Shown: in pieces, positions 30,071 to 43,038 of the stretch | Layout of the letters: each line of letters starts with the position of its first letter | Position numbering within the stretch: the stretch's first letter is position 1 | Assembly (NCBI GenBank): GCA_964016885.1 | Contig: OZ024746.1 | Location: 89,218,001-89,282,000 of the forward strand | Direction of reading: 5' to 3' | From: Eledone cirrhosa | Lineage: Eukaryota | DNA: 64,000 bases | The notes under the pieces: model-generated | What the model saw: the letters and a program-made list of their open reading frames with translations, nothing else | Told to the model about the DNA's origin: nothing | Databases searched by the model: none | Translations under genes and position numbers: made by a program

Positions 30071-30245
30071 TATATTAAGGTTGGCAATCCTTTGTTGTTA
30101 GAACGCACACAGCTTCTTCATATTTCCGTGTGTAAACATGAGAATGTTTCTTTCGGTTTTATCAACAGAATCCTTATCTACACAATACGCATTATTAAGA
30201 AAGTTAGCTGGGGCCTTTTACACCGTAATTAAGTCACATTAGATC

Positions 30246-30621
30246 TGGATTGGCAGTATTGGTAAAGGGTCGGACGCCAGGCTTTTGCAGCACAGAGTTA
30301 CGGCCCTTTATGGTCTGAGTTCAAATCCCGCCGAGGTTAGCTTTGCCTTTCATCCTTACGGGGTCGATAAAATAAAGTACCAGTAATGCATTGGGTAATT
30401 GTTGGCCTTGTGCCTAAAGTAGAAACAATTATATCTGGATTGGCAGTATCGGTAAAGGGTCGGACGCCATGTTTTGCAGCAAAGAGTTACGTCCCTTTAT
30501 GGTCTGAGTTCAAATCCCGCCGAGGTTAGCTTTGCCTTTCATCCCTACGGGGTCGATGAAATGAAATACCAGTAATATCACTGGGATAATTGCTGGCCTT
30601 GTGCCAAAAGTAGAAACAATT
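30246..30621 (+). mobile_element. Head-to-tail pair of tRNA-derived SINEs (30246-30431 and 30436-30621)
   Basis: Two near-complete units each starting TGGATTGGCAGTAT and ending GTAGAAACAATTAT; ATCT at all three junctions. Confidence 0.92.
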
Positions 30622-30689
30622 ATATCTACCTAGTTTCTTATTTCATTATCTGTCTGTGTCTCACTATCAGACTCTACCTCTGTACACCA

Positions 30690-30868
30690 CGTGGCTAGAG
30701 ATATCATCAAGGAAGATCTCAAGAGGCACGATATCACCTTGGAGGAGGCAGAGGAACTGACACGGGATCGCCAGCGATGGAGGGTGCTGGTGGATCTGGT
30801 CGGCTCTACGCACAACGATGGATTATGATGACCCCGGCATCGTCGAGCAAAAGCGCGAAGAAGAAAAG
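30690..30868 (+). mobile_element. RTE LINE 3' end fragment
   Basis: DIIKEDLKRHDITLEEAEELTRDRQRWRVLVDLV followed by stops and a GAAGAAGAA tail. Confidence 0.75.
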
Positions 30869-30891
30869 TTATAATAACACATATACACACG

Positions 30892-30947
<56 letters not shown>

Positions 30948-30967
30948 CGTGAGTATATATTCACACT

Positions 30968-31027
<60 letters not shown>

Positions 31028-31074
31028 GTATAGGATTATCCAAGATGCAGTGATGGTTAATTACTACACTGGAT

Positions 31075-32530
31075 ATGGTTATTAAGTTCGATAACTGCTA
31101 CTGGGAACGTAAGGACAGACCCACAAATTTCGATATTACCATGGGTTCCAACGACTCGGCGGAGGTCACGGATCTCGTGGGAATTTACATAGCCCACATA
31201 TTACATAGTAGATTTAGTAATCTACAGGGGGGGATATATAGAGATGACGGGATCTTATTAGTTAATAACTTGAATAACCAAAATCTTGAAAGGCTACGGA
31301 AAAATATTAGAAAATCTTTTAGTGAACTGGGCCTAAAAATAACATACGAATACAATCTTAAGGTAGTAAACTTTCTGGACGTAACTCTTAATTTAAATAC
31401 CGGACAGATACGACCCTTCCACAAGGTAAATGAGAACCTTACGTATATTGACTTTAATTCTAACCACCCACTCTCCATGATCAAATCAGTTCCCCGGAGT
31501 ATTTCTCTTAGAATCTCTCGCCTATCGTCTAACTCTGATATTTTTAGCGAACATGCTGAATACTACAATAATGCATTAAGGAATGCTGACCACCGGGATA
31601 CAATAGAATACATCGATAGTAATTTCCACAACACACATAGCTCTACACGTAATCAAGGTATACGTAACCGGGGGACTAAAACACAAGCACACACACACTA
31701 TACTACCAGACACACTAATAATAGAAGATCACCACCAAATAAATCACGTTGTAGAAAGTATATCTGGTATAATCCTATTTTTAATGCCTCGATTAGTACA
31801 AAACTATCTCTTTCATTCTTTAAATTAATCAATAAACACTTCCCTAGTTCCCATAAGTACAGCAAAATTCTGAACTCCAAAACTATTAGACTATCATACT
31901 CCACGGCACCAAACCTTGAAGCATACATAAAAAAACTTAACTTAAGGCAATTAAACAACTCTACAAAACAAAACATTTTAGTAACAGATGGGCAGAACGC
32001 AATATCTGCCTCCCAACCACTAAATGGGAGACGGGTATTGCACAACCCACCTGTACCACTATCACAACCTATCCATGGTATACCCGCTACCCACAACAAA
32101 GCATGTAACTGCCATCTACCTGAAAGATGTCCATTGCAGAATGAATGCCTAAAGTCCAACATTGTTTACCAATGCACGGTTGAATCGGACGACCAGAAAT
32201 GGTATTATATCGGATCTACCACCACATCGTTTAAATCTCGCTGGTACCGTCATCGATTCTCAATCAAACATCAGAATCACCGTTTTGTGACCACGCTCGC
32301 CAACAAGACCTGGCAACTCCGTGAACACAACCGACAGTTCACCTTAAAATGGGATATACTTTCCAGCGCAAATGCATATCGGAGTGGTTTGAAGTACTGC
32401 AGGTTATGTAACCTTGAGCTATTTTACATACTAAAATCCAAAAAACAAACTACTTAACGATAGAATTGAACGATCATTATACTGCAACCACAAACTAAAA
32501 GCTAAATTCTCTCACTATAAAATAACTTAA
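31075..32530 (+). pseudogene. PLE reverse transcriptase (C-terminal half) plus GIY-YIG endonuclease; frameshift near 32445
   Basis: ITMGS, GIYRDDG, VNFLDVTL, YIDFNSNHP, linker CNCHLPERC (CxCx5C), IVYQC...YYIGST, LKW, CRLC; a shifted frame continues LLNDRIERSLYCNHKLK to TAA at 32528-32530. Confidence 0.93.
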
Positions 32531-33023
32531 CATTCGAACCCGTAACTACAACACCACTTTCTAGCTAACAACCTTCTCTTCTCCCCCACACTACAAGACA
32601 ATACACTGCTTATCACTATACATGGTAACTCAGTACAATTCCTAGATTACTACTACAAAACCAAAAGTTCACTCACCACATATACTTTATCTGTCCCCTC
32701 TCTACCTATATATCTCTCTCTACATCCATTACACTCTCTCTCTCTCACCTTTGACCTACCTCCCTCTCAACATCTATGAACCTGACCTCTGGGGCAATAA
32801 ATAATTCCGACCTCAACTATCTACGCATCACTCCAAAAGTAACTAATAAAACCCCTACCATAACATTTTGATTAAGATATCTACAAGCCACTCTCTCCTA
32901 CTTCTCCAACCCCTGCATATCTTTCCTTCTCTCTCCATCTTCCCTACTTTTCTCTCTTCCTGTTCCACTCTATCTTCCCCAACAACCCCACTTAAGGGTT
33001 TTTACATTGTATATTTACCATTC

Positions 33024-33135
33024 TGCTCTGAGGAAACAGTGGTCACAGCATTGGATATTCGAGTTCTGCAAATACTTGTGAATTTGCACGTAGCGGAACT
33101 AGGCTGCAGTACCACCGTGGAAACACTTGTAAGCA
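33024..33135 (+). ncRNA. Type I hammerhead ribozyme motif with an unusually long stem II insert
   Basis: TGCT-CTGAGGA-AACAGTGGT...ACCACCGTG-GAAAC-ACTT-GTA-AGCA; located in a PLE 3' UTR, where HHRs are expected. Confidence 0.75.
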
Positions 33136-33185
33136 CACGGAATAAACTACCTTTTTATGATGTCTACCTGTTATTATTCATTCTT

Positions 33186-33236
<51 letters not shown>

Positions 33237-33256
33237 GCGTGCATATATATATACAC

Positions 33257-33354
<98 letters not shown>

Positions 33355-35212
33355 GTGTGCATATATACATATATACATTCTATGTCATATAATCACACCA
33401 TATAGATATACAAATGCATACACATTGAGAGAAGTAGATGGCTCATAAACACTTACACACCACACACGCACTCACTAATTGAGTACTTTCTACGGGGTTA
33501 TTTGGCCTGCTAGGAATACATATTTGTAGAACATCGATTAGATAAGATAATCCCACTTACACTTACAAAAATTGGATATTCATAGCTGGAAAATCTTTGA
33601 TCATTGCTGTGCTCAATCAGATTTGACCTAGAGTTAAAAAGGTACCAAACACACCACGCAACTATCATACATAGGCACACCACACGCTAAACACAAACGT
33701 ACCAATGCACAAAATCACACATATATGCACAAAGAAATACGCACATATACACACAATCATCACACTAACATATACATGCGCAATGTATATTCTTCCCATA
33801 CGGAAGTTTATAAACACAAACTTACACACATAGACGCATACATATACACAAATTACCCACAAGCGAATTGTGAGAGTTGTTACTGCATAGATCAAAATCT
33901 TGCCGAGATCAAATTTTCTTTTCATCTTTTTGGCAAGGTTGTCTTCTATCATCAATAATATATCTATCTCCTTTGCTTCGGTGTTGAAGTCATCGTGTCT
34001 TATGGTGTCTGTTTTTCTTGTATGTGTAGCTAATTCAATGGTGTTGAATAGGAATCTTTCTGTGTGGTACTGTTGATCCCTAATATTCTTTGTTTTTTCT
34101 CTTCAAGAATGAGGACCTTTAAAGATAGCTTGAGGTGTGTGGCACAATTGTTTTATGAAGATTGTTTCAAAGAATTAGAACGTCACGGTGCTCATACAGG
34201 TCTGATAAGGTATGTAATCGCCAAGCTAGACTCATATGGACGATGTGCATGCAAAACTGACTGTTCTAATACTCGAACCCGAATCTATACCAACATTCTT
34301 ATGCATCAATTCACAGTGACATCAAATGCACTAAATGGAAGCCTGCATTTAATCTCAGATCACCAGCAGAGCTACCAAAGTAAAACAGTATCATTAGATG
34401 CATAAATTACTGCTTACTATCCATTCATCAAAATATATCGCTGTTTTGCTACTCTGCTAAGCCAAACTAATAGGTGCCAGAGGGCTGCCAATATCTCGAT
34501 GAGATCGGAAATAATTTGTGTCACTGATACATCTGCACCTTCAGGTGATACCAACGAAACAATGAAGACTCATCATAAAATTACATTTACGACAATTTCA
34601 ACGTTGTTTTTAAAACGCGTCCAAAGTATTATGCAAAAAGTCCTCATTTTTTCAAAACAATCCTTCCGAAAGGAAAATATAACTATTGAGTGTCTATAAA
34701 ATTTATGTATTTCAGAATTCTAGGCCTCTCTCTGTCTCGTGAAACCATGCTTATGCATCTGGAAAGTTCCTTTCCACAACGCCGGCATAAGTATGATTTT
34801 TGTTTGGAAGATCAACAGTTACCTGTACTTACATATAAGTCACCCTCTCCATACCACCTATATTGTTCAAACGAAAGCTAAGTACGGACTGAATATGGCA
34901 CCAATAATATCGCAGTTGAGCACAGAAGGCAAAATAACCCATATATCAATTCTGCCAAACCACAGCACTGGCCCACTTCTTTACCCGATGAAATTTGAAC
35001 TCTGAGTATCCAAAAAATATAGTGAAGCATTTGTGTTCAATGTGAGTGATATAAGGTGTTCCACAGGGTCATCGACATACAGTAGTATACCTATTGCTTT
35101 TGTTTCATATTTATAATGTACTATGTACATTTTTCTTTATATTTGTATTTGAGATATATTCATGTTAAAAAACTGTATAAACATGATATTATTTACAGTA
35201 ACAATAATAATT

Positions 35213-35667
35213 ATTATTTTTTCTACTTTTGGTACTATGCCAGTAATTATCTCAGTGTATTACTGGTACTTTATTCTACCGACACCGTAAGGATGAAAGG
35301 CAAAGTTAACGTCGGCGGAATTTGAACTCAGAACGTAAAGGGCCATAACTATATGCAGCAAAGCGTGGTGTCTGACGCTCTACTATACTGCCAAACCAAG
35401 TTACAATAATAATAATTATTATTTTTACTTTTGGCAAAATATCAGCAATTATCCCAGTGTATTAGGCACAAGGCCAGTCATTTGGGGGGAAGGGAAAGTC
35501 GATTAAATCGACTCCAGTGCGTGACTGGTACTTTATTTTATAGACCCCGTAAGGATGAAAGGCAAAGTTAACCTCGGCGAGATTTGAAGTCAGACTGTAA
35601 AGGACCATAACTCTATGCTACAAAGCATGGCGTCCGACCCTCTACCGATACTGCCAATCAACCGCCC
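35213..35667 (-). mobile_element. Cluster of tRNA-derived SINEs (35213-35395 short form; 35417-35667 long form with an extra 3' end)
   Basis: Reverse complement of the family consensus; the long form carries AGTCGATTTAATCGACT. Confidence 0.9.
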
Positions 35668-36392
35668 TAATCAACCGCCCTATTAAGAGCTATACTGATG
35701 TGTGAATATGATAGACTCTCCTGTCGATATCCGACGTATGAGTATCCAACAAAAGCTCAGCTCTCTGGATGGCGGTGTCTCATGTGACGTTTCAATCTGG
35801 CGGAGATGTGAGAAATTGAACTGATGTTGAACTAACCACACACAGTTTTATTTGAAGTGGTGAAGGCTTGTGTATAACCAACTACACTTTTTGGAACTGA
35901 CGACACATATCTTAGGTGCAAATGTTTTGCCACGGAAAATACAACGACAGCCCTCAAATATCCGTCTCCATTTCATAAACGGAAGGCTTAAGTTAGGTTT
36001 AGGGCATCCCGCAAAAGAAAAAACTAATCTTTTTTTAATTAAACTACATGCCCGACAATCCGTGCTCTCTTCTCCTGTTTTCACAGGGAAATCATTTGCA
36101 GCATAGTCAGAGATGAGATTAATTGATAGCTCACGAACAAACCGAATAAAAATAATTATTTCCAACAAAAATCGAGTTGGTGTTCTAAGAATTTATCGAA
36201 TTTTTATCATAATTTAGTTTTATAGGTTTCCAGTTTCAAATTTATTATTGTTGTTTATCTCACAGAATTTGTAAAGCCAATAATATTACAATCACTTATC
36301 ACAATGAGTATTAAGAAAATATATGATATGAATAAAATGTTATTATTTCTTTTAACCAGGGAAACGCTGGGTACTACTGTTAGTATGTATAT

Positions 36393-36455
<63 letters not shown>

Positions 36456-36458
<3 letters not shown>

Positions 36459-36866
36459 GGTGCGGACGACATTTGTTCGCAACTTTCAACTGCTAATTTT
36501 ATGCACATTTTTTTTACTTCCGTTGTCACTTTTGTCTTCATAAAAACAGTGACTATATTTCCATTATTTATTTTCAGAATAATTGATTATGAATAATTTT
36601 GAACCTCCAAATTTGTGGAAGAGACTCGGAGTTCTTGAAGTCCGCGCCGGGAGGACAAATGAGACCAGAAGATCAACTCCCAGAACAACAGGTGACTCGC
36701 TGTCTCATCCAAAGACGTGCCCAGAGTCATGCAGACAAAGTTTTCAGCGACAACATTGGTCTTTTGTGTCGTCAGCAGTCAAGTTTGATAAATATATCTT
36801 AAAATATAAGACTACTGTGTTATTTGTTCCTGGTCAGTAATCTTGCGAACAGATATCGTCCGCACC

Positions 36867-36869
<3 letters not shown>
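36456..36869 (+). mobile_element. Internally deleted Tc1/mariner-superfamily element (maT/DD37D-like) in (TA)n
   Basis: 27-bp imperfect TIRs CAGGGTGCGGACGACATTTGTTCGCAA / TTGCGAACAGATATCGTCCGCACCCTG; remnant peptides WKRLGVLEVRAGRTNE and INSQNNR*LAVSSKDVPRVMQTKF. Confidence 0.85.
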
Positions 36870-36940
<71 letters not shown>

Positions 36941-37059
36941 GGTGGATCTTCTCGTCGCAAACGACAAATGAAAGTTCACCTAGGTCTTTTTCTTTATTTA
37001 AATATACATTTTTTTGTGATTCTAGACTCCATGAATTCACATATGTATTGAGATGGATC

Positions 37060-37700
37060 ATGTCACAGACTCATTCTCATAGAGCGACTGTGAATCACCC
37101 ACCACGTGCTTCCTCCCGAGGACTGCAAGGCACGCTTTGCTCCGTGTAATAAAACCAGCGGCAAAAAAGGTTGTCATATGGAGGAGCAGCATACTGCCAG
37201 CACGCCTTGATATTTGCACGTAGTTAGTCACAATGTTCAAGTCAGCCCCACCCAAAACTTTGAATAGAGGACAAGAAGCACTGGCGCCAGCTCATGAGCT
37301 CTGATGCTTTCTTCTCCCAAGAAGTGAAGTGGATGTTGCATCTTTTCAGATTGTCCATGAGTTTGTCCACAACAGTGGTTTTCCAACGGGCCTGCCTGTC
37401 TAAAACTGACAACCCACCTCCCAAAACAAAACAGCTGATTTGGACGTCTGCTATCAGTCATACGAGAAGGATGTCCTACCCACTTGGAATGGACTTTCAT
37501 AAGGATAGTTTAAATGCCTGATATTTTGTATTTAGTCAGAACCTCAGTATTTCTAATGTGTTCAGTTAGCTTTCTGTAGCAGATGGTACGCAAGTATCGC
37601 ATTTGAAAAACCTCAAGCTGATGGATATGCTTTCTCTACAGAGTCCATGATTCGGTACCATAGAGTAGCGATGTCAGAACTACCGACCCGTACACATCAA
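37060..37700 (-). mobile_element. RTE (BovB/RTE-1-like) LINE 3' remnant
   Basis: KWVGHPSRMTDSRRPNQL...DKLMDNLKRCNIHFTSWEKKASELMSWR. Confidence 0.8.
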
Positions 37701-38527
37701 TATCTCATTTAATGCCTTCAAAATGCCTTCAAAATTTACGCATGCCATTACAATGCTTCTGAAATATACCCAATGATATTCGTTACAAATGTATAACAAC
37801 TTTTTCAATGTAAAAGAATATATATTTCTAAGTTTCTAAATCGGCAGAATATTTCATACAAACACGCATACTTTAAATATACTTCACAATTTGCTATCAG
37901 AATCACACCCCAGATATTTCCTAATCTAATTATTTCTCTGAAGGTTTCAGATTGGCATTAGAGAGTCGGACTAAATGTCAAACAGTAGTTAATTACAAGT
38001 TGCTGCTTTCTGAGATCATATCCTACCAGTGGTCTACTTTGTGTTTCACCCTTCCAATGTTGATTAAATAAAGTACTCAATTGGTACTGAGTCAATTCAA
38101 AGTCCCCACCCCTCAATTGCTGGTCTTGTGCTTAAATTACAAACCATATTTCTTTTCGCAGTCACAAAATATTGGGAAAAACGCCACCTCGTCTATTTCT
38201 ATTGGAAATTTGCATAATCGTTAAACTAATGAATATGTAAGAATATATTGATACAGATTCCTTTGTTTTACGCATAAAAACAAAAAAACCCATTAAATTC
38301 AAGAAGTTAAACATTTATTTATATAACAGTAATTTTGAAGATCCGTCTAGTTTGGTTATAGTATGTTAGAATAGTTGAGTCAGCAAGTTAGGAAAAATGA
38401 TAATAATGTAGAAACGAATTAGAGACCACACTTGAACAAGCTGAAAAATCTTTATCTATAACTTTATTCCAGCATATTTGAAATGTCAGTCTTAACCAAA
38501 TTCGAAGTTACGTTTTCATTTCACAAG

Positions 38528-38558
<31 letters not shown>

Positions 38559-39704
38559 ATGCGCGTTGTATTATATAAGTATGCAATTTGGATGGAGATT
38601 TATTTAGAAGTGCTCTGTATGCAGATATGCTAGTGAATAAAACATTTTATAATCATTTTTAGCGCAAACATTTAACATTTTGTTTTCATATTTCTTCTTT
38701 TGAATGATTGTTTTCTTAAGACAAAGAATTATAAACTGTTTTGCCTGCTATTTAACCTTTCTCCTGTTTTGTTGTTGTTGTTGTTGTTTTCGTCTAGTGT
38801 TCAACTCAGTAGCAAACTGGTCAGGAATGACAAACTCGTGAAAGACAGTCTGATCTCTTATCGGTGACGTGACCATTTTGGCTGCCACGTGGTGGTGTTG
38901 GTGATCGTAAAAATGATCTTTATTCTTAAAAATGTCTTTTTGCCAATTAAGCAGCTTGAATAAACAATTCAGGCGGGGATGTTTTTTTACCTGCATTTTG
39001 GTGTGTACCGAAGTAAAAGGAAAAAAGGGTAAATAATATGTGAAATTATATTATTCTGTGACGTTCTATGTTTTTAATACCAAGGAAAAAGTCATTCATT
39101 TGGAAAGAAGAAGGAATAAAAAGAGATTAAACTGAAATTTCTGCAAAACATGAATTTTAAGCTTTTATTTATCAGAATATCTGATATCCAGTTCTTCGAA
39201 AAACTTTCATTGAAATTGCTTATTCAAACTTACTATTCGCCACAAAAACATTTCTAAAATAAAGAAAGACATTTCTACTGGCGTCAACAACGTACGTGGC
39301 GACTACTATATCGATAATTGACGAAACTCAATCTCACAAGTTTGACTTTGTCTCGAAGCAGTTGCATTTAGTGTGAAGACGTGAAAGCGAAGAAAAGTAG
39401 AATGACGAAATAACGTTTTCCTAAAAAAAAAATATGTAAAGAACGTTTTATCTCGAAATATGAAAAAATTAAATTTATATTGACTACACTAAAATGTTAT
39501 TAACACACTCATTTAACCCTATGTATACACATATGTGGAAATATGACTCTGATAGAGATGTTTAGGTAGGAAGAATTTGTAATTGAATATATGTAACTAT
39601 ATTTTTGTGAAACATGATAGTAACTTCAAAGTCTCGCTAAGTGTGACATGTCAAGTTATGCGGTAATAAAGATATTACGATTGGAGGAACTTACATCTGT
39701 GTAA

Positions 39705-39745
<41 letters not shown>

Positions 39746-41496
39746 CGGGAAAACATTTGATTTGAAATATTTCCTATAATTAGAAATGGAATTAAAAATA
39801 TCAGCAATATCTGAATTTCCGAAAATAAAAACGTTAACATAGAAAGCTCTAGCGGACACACACACGCGCGCACACACACAGACACACACACACACACACT
39901 TTTTAAAATACTGTAATATTTAAATCCTTCCAGCATTTAATGATCACTCAATATTTCTTATTTTCTGGCATGTTTGCAGTCCTATAAATTAGACATCTGT
40001 AGATATTTACATACGTTGGTGCAGTCTAGGTTTCACACCCTGTATTTATACAGATATCACTTTGCCATAAGCTTCGTTTACTAGCGTGCTTCTAAATATA
40101 TATCTTATTTAATTACCAACATGGGCGCTAATTACTACGTTTATTTCCAATAATACTACGAGCGAAAGGGTATATCAACCTATCAAATATATGTGTATGT
40201 CCATTTTTCTCCCCCTCCCTCATTTTTTGCAACAACCTTTTGTTCCTCACTTTTTACCTCATTGGAAACAGGGTTTCGCTCTCTTTCCTTTACTAATTTG
40301 GTATTGTTTATCATTTTACTTCTGTTGCTATCTATTTTATATATTTCCGTCTTTTGCACTTTCTTCATTTTCCCCAGGTGCCATGTTCCCAAAATGAATG
40401 CACCTTACATAGCTATGTATTCATATGGCTGTTTTACCCCTCTTCTGTCCATACTTGGAAACATATTCTATAGTTGATATTTAAACAATACTTCGCACAG
40501 GAAAAGTTATTTCATTGCAAAGGAAAAAAAAAACATGTATCACCAATGAGAGGAATGCTGTCTGTCAAAGATATTTTGGTGGTTGTGTTTGGAGGTGTTT
40601 TGTGTGTTATGCTGTTGCAGTAAAGGCGGTGTGGTAGACGTGCGTGGAAGTGGTGTGGTTCGTCGTGTGAGGTATTGTTGCGTTGGTGGTATGCTAATTT
40701 AGTGGACGGGATATGGTAGAGTGGTGGGTGTATAAGTAGACGTAGTGTGGTGGTGCGATGTGATTTTTTTTTTATTATTGTTTGCTAGGTCTGGGTCTGT
40801 GCCCATAACCTGTACGTATCGTTTGAGAAGTTAATTTAATTTGAATACAATATAGATGATGAGAGGCGGAGAGAGAAAGTAACATGTGTCTACCTGAGTG
40901 AAATAGGCCATGTAGTCAGCCAGTTCCAAGGAGCGAGTATTATTTCGATAGTGTTAGAAACGTGAACCACAGGTCGGGATATATGTGTTTGAAACTTTAT
41001 GCGAATTAGATGTTTAGCCTTTCTTTCTAAATGTTATCTAGGATGTATGTGTGGCACAAGTACCGTCACAGATGGGGGAGCACTATCCCATTGTGAGTTT
41101 TACCCGATCATTGTTGCTGGTCAGATGTATGGGGTGAAACATTTTCAGGCTCGGAATAGAAGGTAAACGTCTAGCTATATTTAGGATGTGCGTTCGCGCT
41201 GATAGACCATTAATGAAAGTGAGGCCTAACCTCTTATAGTGATGGTTTCACTCATTTAACTGGTCTACAGTTTTTCACTGGCAGTGACTTAGATGGTTTG
41301 GTGGATCACATTGATCCCAGTATTTATTTCAATATATTGCTTAAGTACCTCTAAATGCCATAATTTGTTACCGAATATATTCAGGAACTCATACACACAA
41401 ACTCCGAACATAAACGCCTTTCAAATACTATATTTATGCAGTTTTCCAATTATTAATTTCAAGGGAATTGTCCACTGACTGCCTCATAACATTCCC

Positions 41497-41530
<34 letters not shown>

Positions 41531-41533
<3 letters not shown>

Positions 41534-41720
41534 AACCAGTAAGACCCCGACAGCTGAGCTCAAGCCGTTTCGACGGCTAATTCTGGACTGAATTAGCCGT
41601 CGAAACGGCTTGAGCTCAGCTGTCGGGGTCTTACTGGTTCTTATTACCCACTCTACTACCTCAAGTATTGAGTACTTTGGTGCATTATGGTCCACCTGGT
41701 TCCTTACCACATTTCCTTCG

Positions 41721-41722
<2 letters not shown>
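41531..41722 (+). mobile_element. Family A fold-back half-hammerhead element, copy 3 (perfect 53-bp arms 41531-41583 / 41590-41642)
   Basis: Exact reverse complement; tail homologous to the other copies; (TA)n on both sides. Confidence 0.88.
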
Positions 41723-41760
<38 letters not shown>

Positions 41761-41762
<2 letters not shown>

Positions 41763-41920
41763 CGGCGATGAATTAGTTTTGCGAGGTTTTTTATATGAAA
41801 TCGTGTGTCGAAACAAATATTGTTAAACTTGGGGAGGGTCATATTTGTGTAAACCAACCAAACAGTGAGTGTGTTCTGTTATTAATTCTGGCAATATTAC
41901 ACAAATATGACCCTCCCCAA

Positions 41921-41922
<2 letters not shown>
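41761..41922. repeat. (TA)n-flanked insert with a perfect 26-bp inverted repeat (41827-41852 / 41897-41922) and a 66-bp one-sided tail
   Basis: ACTTGGGGAGGGTCATATTTGTGTAA / TTACACAAATATGACCCTCCCCAAGT. Confidence 0.8.
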
Positions 41923-41968
<46 letters not shown>

Positions 41969-41977
41969 ATATATATA

Positions 41978-42953
41978 GTAGCAGACCTGTCAGGCTGGCG
42001 CCCGGTTAGGTATACCGGCATTTTATCTTTTCAGGAAACCCCCCTCCACTCCAGTGCAAAGATACCGCACGCCCTCTCAAGTGAGCGGGCGTGGGGATGT
42101 GGTGGGGGTTAACGTGCTCTGATGTTGGGTTTGAATAGTTTTTAGGATTTCCCAGTTCAGCAGCGTTAAAGAAAATTGATAGTTACAACAATAAAGGCTG
42201 AATAGAGAACACATTTTTAACAACCTTTACAATAATTTGTACAACCATAATGGAAATTCCAAGTAACAGAAAATACATAAATTACATTGTTAGAGCTCAG
42301 AGTATACAATATTTTTTGTTCGGCGCTCGAGAGAAAAGATGAAGAGATTGTTTTGCGAGCCCACTCTAGAGCATCCGACATACAATTGACCATGGGAGAA
42401 GCATGTTGAAGGCCAGCCACTTTTAGGGTTTGACCCTGAGCTTTGTTGATGGTAATCGCGAAGCTTAGTATCTCTGTTGCCCTGATCTGGCAGCCAGGCT
42501 GGGAATTTTTGGGTGGCATATCGGCAGTAACAATGACGATAAGCCGTCTATGCTTTCATGAAATAAATACGTTTGTTTATATTTTATTTTTGTGTATGCA
42601 AAAATATCTGTACACGAATATATAATTATATATATATATGTATATATTAAAATAACAGATTAAAGTTTAAGCAAAAAATCGCTGCTTTCACCCTTAACGG
42701 GATCTTCTGAAACTAAAAAAATCAATCTGTGAACGCTGAAGTAAATATTTTGAAAAACGTTGCAACCGAAGAAAAACAGGAAGACGATACTTTGGTTCGT
42801 GAAGACTTTCCCTAGCAATGAACGAAAAAAAAGCGAAGATAACACGTCAGCAATGAGAACAATATTTGCTCTAGGGTTCTTATATATTTGATATATATGT
42901 ATCCTTATCGAGCCCTCTTTGAATTTTAGTCTTCACATTTATTATTATTACTA

Positions 42954-43038
<85 letters not shown>

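Larger units (their letters stand above)
31026..33187 (+). mobile_element. 5'-truncated Penelope-like retroelement (Hydra-type) inserted in (TA)n
   Basis: RT plus GIY-YIG ORF, pyrimidine-rich 3' UTR, hammerhead near the 3' end, (TA)n on both sides. Confidence 0.93.

Noticed and set aside
35848-36168. 106-aa Cys-rich ORF
   Set aside because: No recognisable domain; chance ORFs occur on both strands here
38760-38910. Possible host exon or regulatory site (pyrimidine tract plus AG; TGACGTG and CACGTG motifs)
   Set aside because: No supportable reading frame or donor site; such short motifs occur by chance
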